Source of the DNA: Lytechinus pictus
Lineage: Eukaryota
Assembly: GCF_037042905.1 (NCBI RefSeq)
Contig: NC_087252.1
Span: 3,598,001-3,662,000, forward strand
Direction of reading: 5' to 3'
DNA: 64,000 nt
Within the stretch, counting starts at the first letter, position 1. Each line of letters opens with the position of its first letter. Shown piece by piece: positions 27,601-39,500 of the stretch. Made by a program: the position numbers and the translations under genes. Below the pieces are notes generated by a model, which saw nothing but the letters and a program-made list of their open reading frames with translations, did not search any database and had not been told where the DNA came from.

Positions 27601-27926
27601 TTTATATACCAAATGAATATGGTATTAAAAACAGTGCTATATTTGAGTGCCTCTCTCCAGCTATTTTTTAGGACATCATAATTTTTTTCGAGAAATTACG
27701 GTTAATTCTTGACTATAAGAATGTCAACGACGCGTTGAAATTCATTCTAAACGACGAATACTTTGTATTTTGTAAACAAATATGTTATACTACTGCTTAT
27801 CGAGTTTTAGAAAGATCCTCCTGGCTATAGGCCTACTCACAATGTGTACAGGGTGACGAATCCGAGAGTGAACCAGGCCAACAGACATGTCAATGACATC
27901 GACATTCCCATAACCTCAATCTCCAT
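15664..27926 (-). CDS. Cytochrome P450 clan 3 (CYP3/CYP5-like), copy B, complete 13-exon gene, 544 aa
   Basis: Exons 27841-27926, 25605-25698, 24743-24801, 22742-22838, 22209-22325, 21519-21607, 20735-20883, 19370-19512, 18692-18880, 17777-17997, 17067-17204, 16243-16405, 15664-15753 sum to 1635 nt, ATG to TGA. Motifs: WKEIR, I-helix [10 protein letters not shown], ExxR (ETLR), PERF, heme signature [11 protein letters not shown]. Confidence 0.95.
19857..19910. mobile_element. 54-bp hairpin: TIR-only derivative of the 35620 MITE family
   Basis: TACCTTGGTCACATTTGCTCTACGGCGCGCCGTAGAGCAAATGTGACCGAGGTA flanked by TAA/TAA. Confidence 0.8.
20309..20692. repeat. Triple tandem repeat, units of about 120-140 bp, intron 7 of copy B
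   Basis: AAAACATAGGAAGAAATTGCTGTTGGGTTCACCTTTGTCGCCAAAGAACTCCCAG in units starting near 20309, 20431 and 20573. Confidence 0.9.
23705..24690. mobile_element. GCGAGCGCGAAGCGCGAGC-motif element in reverse orientation
   Basis: Repeated GCTCGCGCTTCGCGCTCGC near 23902, 24016, 24135 and 24249; poly-C runs near both ends. Confidence 0.6.
25786..26065 (-). mobile_element. tRNA-derived SINE, diverged
   Basis: Minus strand reads GACTTTGAAAC..GGTTCAAATCCC..GGCAAGG..CCACCGAGGT and ends in (ATT)n; head homologous to the 34224 SINE. Confidence 0.7.
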
Positions 27927-30900
27927 TTCGACTTTCAATCAAAAGTACACCCTTGATCGCAAAGTGGTGTTCAGTCTTTGTCCCAAGTCGTTCAGTCGAA
28001 TGATGCAACCTCCAGTGAGACTACTACTATAAGGTATTTAATTCATACGCTATTCTTGAGTAAAGGTATGATAATGCTGCAGTCACAAGGGCGAAACTGA
28101 CTCCAAACCGACCGATGATACGTCATTGGAAATAACGTCATAAAATTAGTCAGTCAGGGTCGATCACACCGGTATGACTCTCAAACTACTTGTTTGATAT
28201 CTTGCAAGAACTTTGATATTTACCAAGGATGGGAGCATAGGGGTAGCAATGGAGCAGCCCCCCCCCCCCCCCCTCCACCAGAAAAATAGTATGACACAAA
28301 TTATGGATATGCTGAATTGTTGCATAATGTACTCGTAGTGAAATGTTTCACTTTCAGTTAAATTTCTATTGTTGCAGCTATTTCCGAAAAGGACCAAGAT
28401 ATGGAAGATTCCATGCGGCACAGAGATGATGAAGCATATCATGATTTCAAGTACGTCTACAGTTGATATGCTTTAGATATCAATGTCACGAACCCAATGG
28501 TGTGGACCGATGCTCGGGGAACAAGGTATACACCCAAACAGACAATACTGCCTGATTATGCATTAATTAACGCAGGAACATTACTTGCAAATCTGAAAAA
28601 ATGCCAAGAAAACTCAACCAACCACCCCTCCCTTCCCCCCCCCCTCCCACACCGTTGGTTGATCCGGATTATGCCTCTCTTGGTCTCTTGCTTCTATTAA
28701 AATCATCTCTCAAATTTTGGAAGGTCCATTCTTAGTTTCAGAGTGATGACACTTTTCTGGTAGTCCTATGCAGGAGGAAAAAGCGCAAAGAAAATTCTTT
28801 AGGCAGCTGAAGTACTTCGTCAACTTACGTTTTCGCCTGTGAGGGTGTGTCTGGGTGGACCGATTGGAGTGGGGTGTGTATATGTGTTTGAGTGGGGTGC
28901 ATCTGTGAATGGATGAGTATGAGAGAGAAAGTGTGTGTGCGTGAGGGTGCTCGTGTGTGTGAGTGTGATTGTGTGTGTGTGAGGGTGTGTGTGTTTGTGT
29001 TGGGGGAAATGGTGGCGAGGGATTTTGTTTAGGATGGGGATAAGTGTGTGTCATGACGAGTAAGGATATTTGCGATGTTGTGTTTGCATGCTGTCAGTGA
29101 AAATGGTTGGGGAAGAAAAATGTTGGGAATGTAATGAAATTCCAAAAACAAGAACTTCTTTATTGGTAATTTGCTAATTGAAAGCTTTACAGAAGACAAT
29201 ACCGGTAAGAAAATCGGAAAATGATTTTTGGGGAGGAATCGCATAAAGGGATTTTTGGATAATCCTAGAGCTCCAAATTATTCAAGTGGTAGTGCTTCAC
29301 AATTAAATATCACCATGGGATATTTTTCTAGAAGATACAGAAAAGGTATTGACATATTTTATGACTATATAATGATCTTACCATATTCTATCTAATGGCT
29401 GCAGCATTACACTTATATACCCAGTATAAACGTGGACAGAAAGTTAACAAGCTTTCATTGGCATTTGTGTGCGAAGCGTTGTTTGATCAAAACTGATTCA
29501 TACAAGTATAAAAAATGACACCTCACGAATCCCCAATTTAAGGAGAAATATTCATTAGCACATATTTTTTATATGACCTGAAAAAGTATTATCTCCCAAA
29601 CGCTTGGACAATCAGCAGGTATTTTTTACTGTGATGTAAAGTTCGACTTGCGCCAAAGTAAGACATGACTGCAATGAATGAATGCAGGTGACAATGATGT
29701 CATAATGCTGCATGAGTTAGTAAACATATCTGCAAACCTCCTTTTTCAATGAAATTAACTTGATGAATCGATACAAAAAAATGTTTATTAAACAATTTCA
29801 ATATTAATTATTGAAAGGGTGTTTTGCAATAGATTTAAAGCAATCCTTGCAAGATTATGACATCGTTGGCATCTGTATTCATTTATTGGGGTCATGCTTT
29901 ACTTTGGCCCAAGTCAAAATTTACATCACTGCAAAGAATACCTTCTGATCATCCAAGCGTTAACACGTACCCTATTAATATGGTATCAAGTTATTTGGGA
30001 GAAAATACTCTTTGCAGTCATATATAATGATTATGTACTTATGTCATATTTCCCCCTTCATTTAGGGCTTTCTGATGTGTCTTTTACTCACACGATATAC
30101 ATCCATCCTTATGATATGTCTGTCAGTCTCTACCTTACACGCCTTTACCCCTTCCCTACCCACTCCCCCCCTCTCTTTCTCTATTTATTTCCCTCACTTT
30201 CCCCTTTCTCTCTCTCCCTTTGCCCCCCCCCCCAAGCTCCACTTCCCGTCTGTCGTTGTGCCCATCGCTAATAGAATATATATAATCTAGGGGTTATGTT
30301 TAGAAGACACAATTAATATGTGACATATATTAAACAGTTCAAGTAAATTATTGTTTATTGAGTATAAACCACTCGTATTTTACAATGAATATGTTGGTAT
30401 AAAGAAAAAGTATTTTCATGGTTAGAATTCCACCAGGCAAAACACATCACGCCAGAACTCTCTAAACTTCAAGATTGAATCGTTACAGGCTATTTCAAAC
30501 CTGTCGAGGAATATTATATAGACAATGCCTGTGCTCATTGACAAATTCAGGAGGAAGATATATACTGTATATTTTCATGAACCTGAGCGACTAAGAAAGT
30601 TCATGTTGGAAATATGTTCAATTAATATTTTCTGTGATCTCATTCATTCATGAACTGCAAAAGCATATATGGTTTTGCAGCTAAATAAAACGTTAAATTA
30701 CATTGCATTGTTTTCATGATAAAAATAGTAATTAGTTGAATAAGAACTAAATTCACTTTATCGCGAAGTACCCACCTCTCTCTGCAACTTCTAGATAATA
30801 AAGCAATTAAATACAAATAATTATAACTGTTTCTGTATTTTCTCTTGGCAATATAGGATATAGTAGTTTCGTTGATTCAAACACCATCCCTAATGATATA

Positions 30901-31352
30901 CACAATTTATTATACACCATATCATTGCATTTTACATAATTCGATTTTTGAGCAGCCTAATCTAGCTTAGTTAGTAAAGATAAACGATTTTTATTTGTAA
31001 GATATCTTTTTTTATTTGTCTTCGTCATCTATTTTCATTCTCTGTTAATGTCTTATATTCATTCAAAATGTTACACTAAAAACAGATTGGGTAAAAATTT
31101 ACACAGTATTGGGTAGAAAGGGGACATGCACGTTAGCTGGGTAAATCTTTCCTCCATATTGGGCAAAATGCCTGTTTTAAGGGTAAATTTCAACGCAACA
31201 TTCCGTAAAATTTATAAAAGTATTTGGTATCATTTTACCTAGCAAACATGCATGTTCCCATTTTACCCAATATTGGGTTAACGGTTTTTATAGCATAAGT
31301 GATTTCAGATCCATTTGATATTTTGTCCATTTCAATACTGTGAGTAAATTCT

Positions 31353-34300
31353 TCACGCAGCCTTGTCCGCCCTTGCCACTGTTCTGACTGTAATACCATT
31401 TGGAGGTGATAGAAATCCGGTTCGGTTGAACTTCGGTGGAATCTAATTTAAAAAGAAATAAAGAAAAAATATATTAGTAATTGTATTGATAAAGACTACC
31501 GTTTACAATTAATTGCCATGAATGAAAAACACCTTGGAAGCGTTTCGGGTTAAATGAATGGGGGTAAAATTTGCATTTATGTTCCTATAGTGCAATAAGA
31601 TGTGAAGATAACATGTTAGCGATAGAAAGTAAGAAAATGTGTGGCTGACTTTGAATTATCAGTACTTTTTTTCCAAAGAACTGGGATATTAGTCAAGATA
31701 ATCATCTTGAAATTTAATTAAAATATAATTACTTGACTATCTACATGATCTGGAGTACAATAATATTAGCTATGGGTGTAGGCTAATTATTTTATCTTCT
31801 GATCCTTTACTACAGTATAGTGATATGGGTAATGAGATTTAATGAGATGTATTGTGAGATTTACACGCAGAACATACTGTTCGGGATTCGAATGCATTGC
31901 TATCTCTTTGTAAAAATCACAGTGTCTAGTATATCCCACAGGATGTCCTCATTTTGTTACGAGTATTTGAATACACTGTGAAATGATCTCCACACTGTAC
32001 AAATGTTCAAATTTTTCATTGTGAATCTCACATTGAGAGCCCTCGAAGTGAGCTCACTGTGAACCCAAGGACGTTTCCACAGTGTGAAAGAATCTTCACT
32101 CTGTTCAATTCGAGCATTTTATTAGTGTGGATCACATCTTCACATGGTCCAATTGTGAACAAACTTTGAACACATTGTGAACACACTGTGAACAAACTCT
32201 GAACATATTGTGACGACACTGGGAACACACTGTGAATACCCTCTGAACACACTGTGGACACATTGTGAATACACTGTGAACACACTGTGGATACATTGTG
32301 AAGACACTGTGAACACACTGTGGATACATTGTGAAGACACTGTGAACACACTGTGGATACATTGTGAAGATTGTGAACACACTGTGGATACATTTCAAAG
32401 ACACTGTGAAAACACTGTAAATACACTGTGAACACACTGTGAACACATTGTGAACACATTGTGAACACACTGTGAACACACTGTGGATACATTGTGAAGA
32501 CACTGAACACACTGTGGATACATTGTGAAGACACTGTGGATACATTTTAAAGACACTGTGAACACACTGTAAATACACTGTGAACACATTGTGGATACAT
32601 TGTGAAGACACTGTGAACACACTGTGGATACATTTTAAAGACACTGTGAACACACTGTAAATACACTGTGAACACATTGTGAAGACACTGTGAACACACT
32701 GTGGATACATTTTAAAGACACTGTGAACACACTGTAAATACACTGTGAACACATTGTGAAGACATTTTGAACACACTGTGAACACATTGTGGATACATTG
32801 TGAAGACACTGAACACACTGTGGATACATTTTAAAGCACTGTGAACACACTGTAAATACACTGTGAACACATTGTGAAGACATTGTGAACACACTGTGAA
32901 CACATTGTGGATACATTGTGAAGACACTGAACACACTGTGGATACATTTTAAAGACACTGTGGACACACTGTGAATACACCGTGGACACACTGTGAATAC
33001 ACCGTGAACACACTGTGAATACACCGTGAACACACTGTGAACACACTGTGAATACATTGTGAAGACACTGTGAACACCCTGTGTGAAACTGTGTTCTTCC
33101 AGTAGGGATGTTCGTGTTTGTTTGTTTTGGGGTTGGGGTTCTGTCTACCTCTGTCTGTGCGCATGTCTCCAACCGGAAGTTCTGAAGCACGCGGACGACA
33201 GCCATCTTGGTTTCCATGAGAGCAAAACGCATTCCGATACAGTTGCGAGGACCAGCACCAAATGGTTGCCAAGCGAAAGGATGCTGCTTGGCCTGTGCTT
33301 CCTTAGTAAACCTGTCAACAACAAACATGTTTGTAAATAGAATGGCTACAGTCTTAAAGACAGATAATTCTCTCCGTATATAAACCACAACGCCAAATTT
33401 TCCATACTACTAAAGTTTCATTCCTCGTTTTTCATTTGTTAATAGATCACATAATACATTACATGGAGGCACTATTATGTCTTGAAAAGTTGATTAATGT
33501 GAATATAACTAAATAAAAAAATAAAATAAAGTAATGAGAAAAAAATACAAACTCTAGGTAAGTTCTGCATTATAGGCATTGCCATTGCTATCAAGGTAAT
33601 TTTCAAACATTATTAAAATGGTGGAAATGGTACCTTTCGGGAATGAACTTCTCTGGTTCGGGCCAGTAGTCCGGGTCTCGATGGATCGTATACATGGGTA
33701 TGAAGACTTGAGTACCCTTCTCGATTGTTAAGCCATTGTGCTCAAATGTCTCGTTGCACATCCGGTTTGAACTGTAGAAGGATAAGAAGAATTGATAATC
33801 GATAATATGCTCAGACGCTTTGAAAGAAAAGGGGAAGAGCATAGATATGATTTAGCTAATGCATTTTATCTGCCATAAAGACATCATGTCTTTCTTTTTA
33901 ACATCTTGGGGATACTTGAAGACCATTTAAGGATCACGTGAGTAAATGCCTGACGTCTTTGAATGTTAAAAACGGAAAAAGAAATGGACAATCTTTCATG
34001 GTACATGCATCTGTTCACAAAAGATACCGGGGTCAATATGCAGTGGTTAGAGCATTGGACTCACAATCGCAAGGTTGTGAGTTCGAATTCCTTCTCTGCC
34101 ATTGTCTCCACTTTGATAAAAAGGCCCGATAGTAATTTCTGTCGTCTATAAGGTCAGCCACTGTGACTGGTTAACCTAAAATGACGTAAAATGTTTCCTA
34201 GGTTATTGATTATATACCAGCTTGTGGAGCGTCGTGGCCCAGTGGATTAGTCTCCGGACTTTGAAACAGAGGGTCGTGGGTTCAAATCCCAGCCATGGCG

Positions 34301-36116
34301 TAATTTCCTTCAGCAAGGAATTCATCCACAGTGTGGTGCACTCGACCCAGGTGAGGTAAATGGGTACCGGCAGGAAGTAATTTCTCAAAAAAGCTGTGTG
34401 CACCGAATAGGTAGCCTAGCTTAGCCGGGTAATAATAGCAGGGCCCGTTGGGAGAACAGTTTTCGGAACTGAAGTGGCTACCCTGGGTAAATATACCTTT
34501 ATTATTATTTTTTTTTTTTTTAGCTTGGCGTTTACCTACAAAACGCTGTCCAGCCGAGTTCCTTCGGGAGTTACCATAAACAGAAACAGACAAAGAAGAA
34601 ATGAAGAATAGGTTCAGGATGGAAACCAAGTAAACTTACACTGCAGCAGGTGGGAACATCCTCAAAGTTTCGCAGACCACTTGATCCAGGTAAGGCATGG
34701 TGGCAACAGACTTATACCCGACGTCGTCACGAGAGGGCGTCATATTGTCAATCTCCTGGATAAGCTTTTCCTGGACCTCAGGGTTGGTGGCCAAAGAATA
34801 CGCGATGAAACCTAGGAGAGTGGTGGTAGTCTCGGAACCAGCGGTAAAGAAGATCAGGGCCTGTGAGGCGGGAAACGCATAATCTTAACATCATAATGGG
34901 TGTGATACATTCATTAAAGATGATAGCAAAGAAAGTTCATGAACTGAGCCCCGTCATAGAAAAGTATTTTCTAAAAATGATGTACATTCATCCATTCATT
35001 GTTTTCTTGAAAATTCAAGTTGCTTCCCTTTGTTTACAAAAGACCTTGTGCACATTTCATGCATTTCGCCATGACGTTAATAGATTTCCATACATTTGAA
35101 GTAGATCGGATCAATCGTATCTCTTTGTATTACGGGGCCCAGTTCTACATAACTGTCTAAACCTGGTCGTATGTACATGTAGTCCATGCTACATCGAGGA
35201 AGTTACAAATTCAACCATAGATTTGGGGTTCGAGTCATGTCATATCTATCGGATGGTGATATTAAAGGTGGCTTAAAAAGTGAGTGTGTGGTTGATACAC
35301 GCCTTTGAAAGTTCAGTTCAACATACACATTCTGTGCCTTTTTAAAAAATGTAGGTATTTTCTTGTAAGCAGCAGCAAAACTGTCATTGCCACTGCCAAG
35401 TACCGGTGACAGTAGGAAGCATGATGTTTCTTCTTGAGAAAAGAAAATTTGACTGGTTGGGTTTTCAACTCGAATCTCATTGCATCTGAAGTGCTTCATT
35501 TACTCTGATCTGATGGTGTCATGACGAAGGAAATATATGGATGAGGCATTTGAGGGATTAGGTTGCAATTTGAGGCTAATTCATTAGTTTCTCAAAAAAA
35601 TCATTCAGGCGAATCTTAATACCTCAGTCACACTCCGTCTACGGCTGCCGTACGGCGAGTCGAAAACAGCTTTTTTAATATTTTGTTGTAATGGCTACAT
35701 ATAGGCGGTTTGAATAAAAAATGAATAAACCGACTGTTTTCGACTCGCCTTACGGCCGCCGTAGAGCAAATGTGACTGAGGTATAATGAGCTTAACAATT
35801 AAGGGGAGGATTATGTTGCTCTGTCAGAAAATGAACAAGAGCGATTGTAAATGTTGTTGTTTTGGACTTTCTGTAAGACTGAACAAGGCGGAAGTAACTT
35901 ACCTGAGCCAATACATCATTGTCTGTCAGAGGCTTTTTCTTGCCCATACCCCTTGAGTGATACTGGGTATCGTGATGTTTGTCCAAATCAGCATGGATAT
36001 CGTCCTCATCCTCCTCCTCTTCGGGTTTGTAGACTTTATTGATGTTTTCCTGCTTCTGCGCATCGAGCAATAACTGCAGGAAGTCAACCCTCTGAAAGAA
36101 AAGTTTATTCAGTCTC

Positions 36117-36207
<91 letters not shown>

Positions 36208-36532
36208 TGCCTGTTTGTGGCATTTTTAATCTCCTCGGTTATTCTTTTATAGATTTTATCACTCTAAGAACCTTTAATGGACTGAATTGGCAAATCACAT
36301 TTTTATAACATGTTTGTAAACTCATTTATGTATTTCCTTAAATGTCGGTTTATTAAATCAAGAAAAGAAGAAGTTTAAATAAGCGTATAAATTCGAAGAA
36401 GCATAATGCAAGTCACATCGGGAAATATGACCACGTCATAGGTTTCGATTTCTTGTGATGATTGTGGGGGATGATCGGCGAGGGAGTGAAGCAAACGAGC
36501 AAGGGGAGGGCGTGAGAAGGGAGTATGCCTCC

Positions 36533-36568
<36 letters not shown>

Positions 36569-39500
36569 AGGGACTTTTCAAGAAATTGGCATGTGGAAAT
36601 TGCATTTTAGAGATTACTATAATCACTTTTTAGGCCATAATATTGTAGTCCATTTTAACTTTTAAATTACAAAACATTTTAAGGACTATTTGTAGTAAGC
36701 CAAGAAGACAATACATATTTCAACGATCAAATAATGCGAGCGCGGAGCGCGGACTGAAAATATTTGACATTCAAACATAAAAACTGGACATTCTTCACAT
36801 GCTTGTACAATGGCTTTTACATTTATCAAGAGTTTCAAGTGGTCTTTTTCTTGACGTTTCCCTTTCCTATTGAGATTTTTGTTTACACTTTTGGAGTTGG
36901 TTTTACAACCACTTGGTTAATCAAAGGTATTATACCGCATGGCTAAAAAAGAATCGCGTGTAAGTATTTCAGTCAGAAATCATGTTGATATATTTATTCT
37001 TTTACAAAAAAACCAAACCTTTGTATCGGACCCGGAGCTGATGTTTTTTCTCAAAGCGATGGATTTATTGTTGACCTCCTTAAAGAAATCAAGCACATCA
37101 CCAGGAATGAACATTCCAAGCCGGAAGCGAGTGAAAAGCCTTCCAAGCGGTGGGATTAAACCTTTCAAAGAGGAATTGGAAGTGATAGTACACGATAAAA
37201 ATTCTGAAATGAGCAATTGAAAGGTTGGAAGAGGGGCAACCCTTTTCATTTACCACTTTAAACGGTTGGATCAGAAACTCATAAGCATGGATACAACGTT
37301 TGGAAAAGGGTAATAAGTGCACTCCTCAAAAAATTCAATTGCTTATTTGACATTAAAGTTTAAGCGTTTTAGAAGTAAAATCGATGTTGCTTAAAATAGA
37401 ATGTATATATCTATTAAGAACCCTACTCGAATACTATTTTTTTGTTGTTTGTAATTTTGAATTGAAATGAATATTGTAACATATTAACTTAGAATTCTAT
37501 AAATAGAGATATGGTGAGGTTGTACAGTTGCCTTCAGCAATCAACGATTATTTTGACTACGAAGCACTGTATATAAGCAAACATAACGAAAAAATATCTA
37601 ATTAAGATGTGAAACAAGTTATGAACACGGTGAGTGCTTTCCATGTAGAGGCCAAACACTATGATTATCATAATAGTTTGTTGCTTGCTAGCTGGATTGC
37701 TGTTCTTCCCATTTAACTCTCGGGCGTTTTTTGTTATTTTCGTTTGTTCACATTTGTTCCACATAACGGTAGTTAGTGCATACGATACAGTGTGTTCAAA
37801 CAATGGATTATGCGAAGATGTGATTCAGATTGTTAAAATTCTCAAAGCTAACAGTGTCAAGATAGCTCCACACTGTAAACAGCTGTACACACTCAGTGTT
37901 CAATAAGTGGACGATGTGAAGATTTGACTCACACCATGCAGACTCTTTTTACACACTATGACCACAGTATGTGGCACGACACACTGGTACACTATGCAAC
38001 ACACTGTGACCACAACATGCTACACACTGTGTTCTTTCCAGAAAGGACGTTCACTGTCGTTCTCGGCTCTCAAATAATATAAATAATAAAAAAAAAAGTG
38101 ATTACTTCCAACGATGAAGAACGGATTGGTGAGGTCGAATTGGAAGGCCTTTTTTGCATTGGTCACGAAAGGACTGTTGGGATCTGACTGGGAATCGATG
38201 TTGAGACCAAACGCACAACTTCCAATGGTGTCCATCACGTAAGCTCCAAAGAGGCTACAGGAAATAGAAAATAGTAACCCACAGATTAACGAGCGTTGCA
38301 ATAATTACGTACATGTATGCCCAACGTCAATTAGTTTATAATAGGTAAGGGGTTTAGTGATTTAAAAATCGCATCTAGGTTATCCGCATGTCAAGCGTCA
38401 TTGACAGCATTGTGGAGACAATAAACGTTTAATTGATATTTCAGGCAATATACGGCTTAATGTTGCTTGATATATTACAAGTCAAAATGTTGTTCAAGTA
38501 AATAAAACTCAGTTGAATGATGATTAAAACTGCATTTTTGTATTCTCAGTGATTAAGGGGCGACAGTACTTATTTCACACGGTATACTTCTCGCTGATCA
38601 TAAGACAATAAGAAAGACCCAATTATTTTACAATTTGCTTCAAGTAAATCAAGAAAAGATGAATGACGTTTTTGTGTGTCTTGGAGAAGGTCAGCAAGAT
38701 CAGGGTTGAATTTCAGGATATAAATTACGCACACATTGCGCACAAGGTAGACTTATGTATAATCATGATAATCAATGATTACCTGTGTTCAATTTGACAA
38801 AAAGATGAACTTGGGTCATTCTTCGATTCAAATGCTTAATTGCTTTATCAAAGGAATTAAGTAGTTCCAGTGTTTTGTCGATTTAGAAAACACCACATTT
38901 TGGCAAACCCAGCTGCAGGACTGTTCACTGAAGTTGAGGAGTAAATAGACTTACTTTTGACATTCGATATATCCTTTCTCTTTTTGTTTCATTCCAATGT
39001 ATTTCACCAGATTGTCCGCGGCGCTATTGACAAGATTGGACATCTATATTGAAAGAGATTACACAAAATAATAGCCTTATATTTCGATGAATTGTATATG
39101 TTTACGTTGTTCTCCTACCTACGAAGTATAAATAGAATACACGGGTGCTAAAAATTTAATGACCCCCACCAGAAAAAAAATATATTTAAAAGTGTTCAGG
39201 TTTTGCCATCATTTAGTTATTTAATTGTGAAATCGGGTGATAATGCCATTCAATAAAGTTTGTTTCTTTGGGCTAACCGGATATTGTAGTGTTGTTGTCT
39301 ACATTCAACACTCAGCGGAAAGGGGTACATTTTCTTGTTGGGTTCACTAACTTTTTAGCACCTCGTAAATGTATGAAAAGAAGAACACGTTTTAGCCTTA
39401 AATTACATGCCACCTGGAAATTACACAAAATAACTAAACGTCAGTTAGACCAACTGGTTGTAAATGAAATAAGATTAGATTAAGCGAAAGGCAGACAACG

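Noticed and set aside
32028..33272. Several long Cys/His-rich ORFs (CSQCVHSVF repeats) resembling zinc-finger or metallothionein proteins
   Set aside because: They are translations of the minisatellite, open in several frames on both strands, inside intron 12 of copy C.
34226..34300. Functional tRNA-Gln(TTG)
   Set aside because: Acceptor stem does not pair and the sequence continues into a SINE core and tail.
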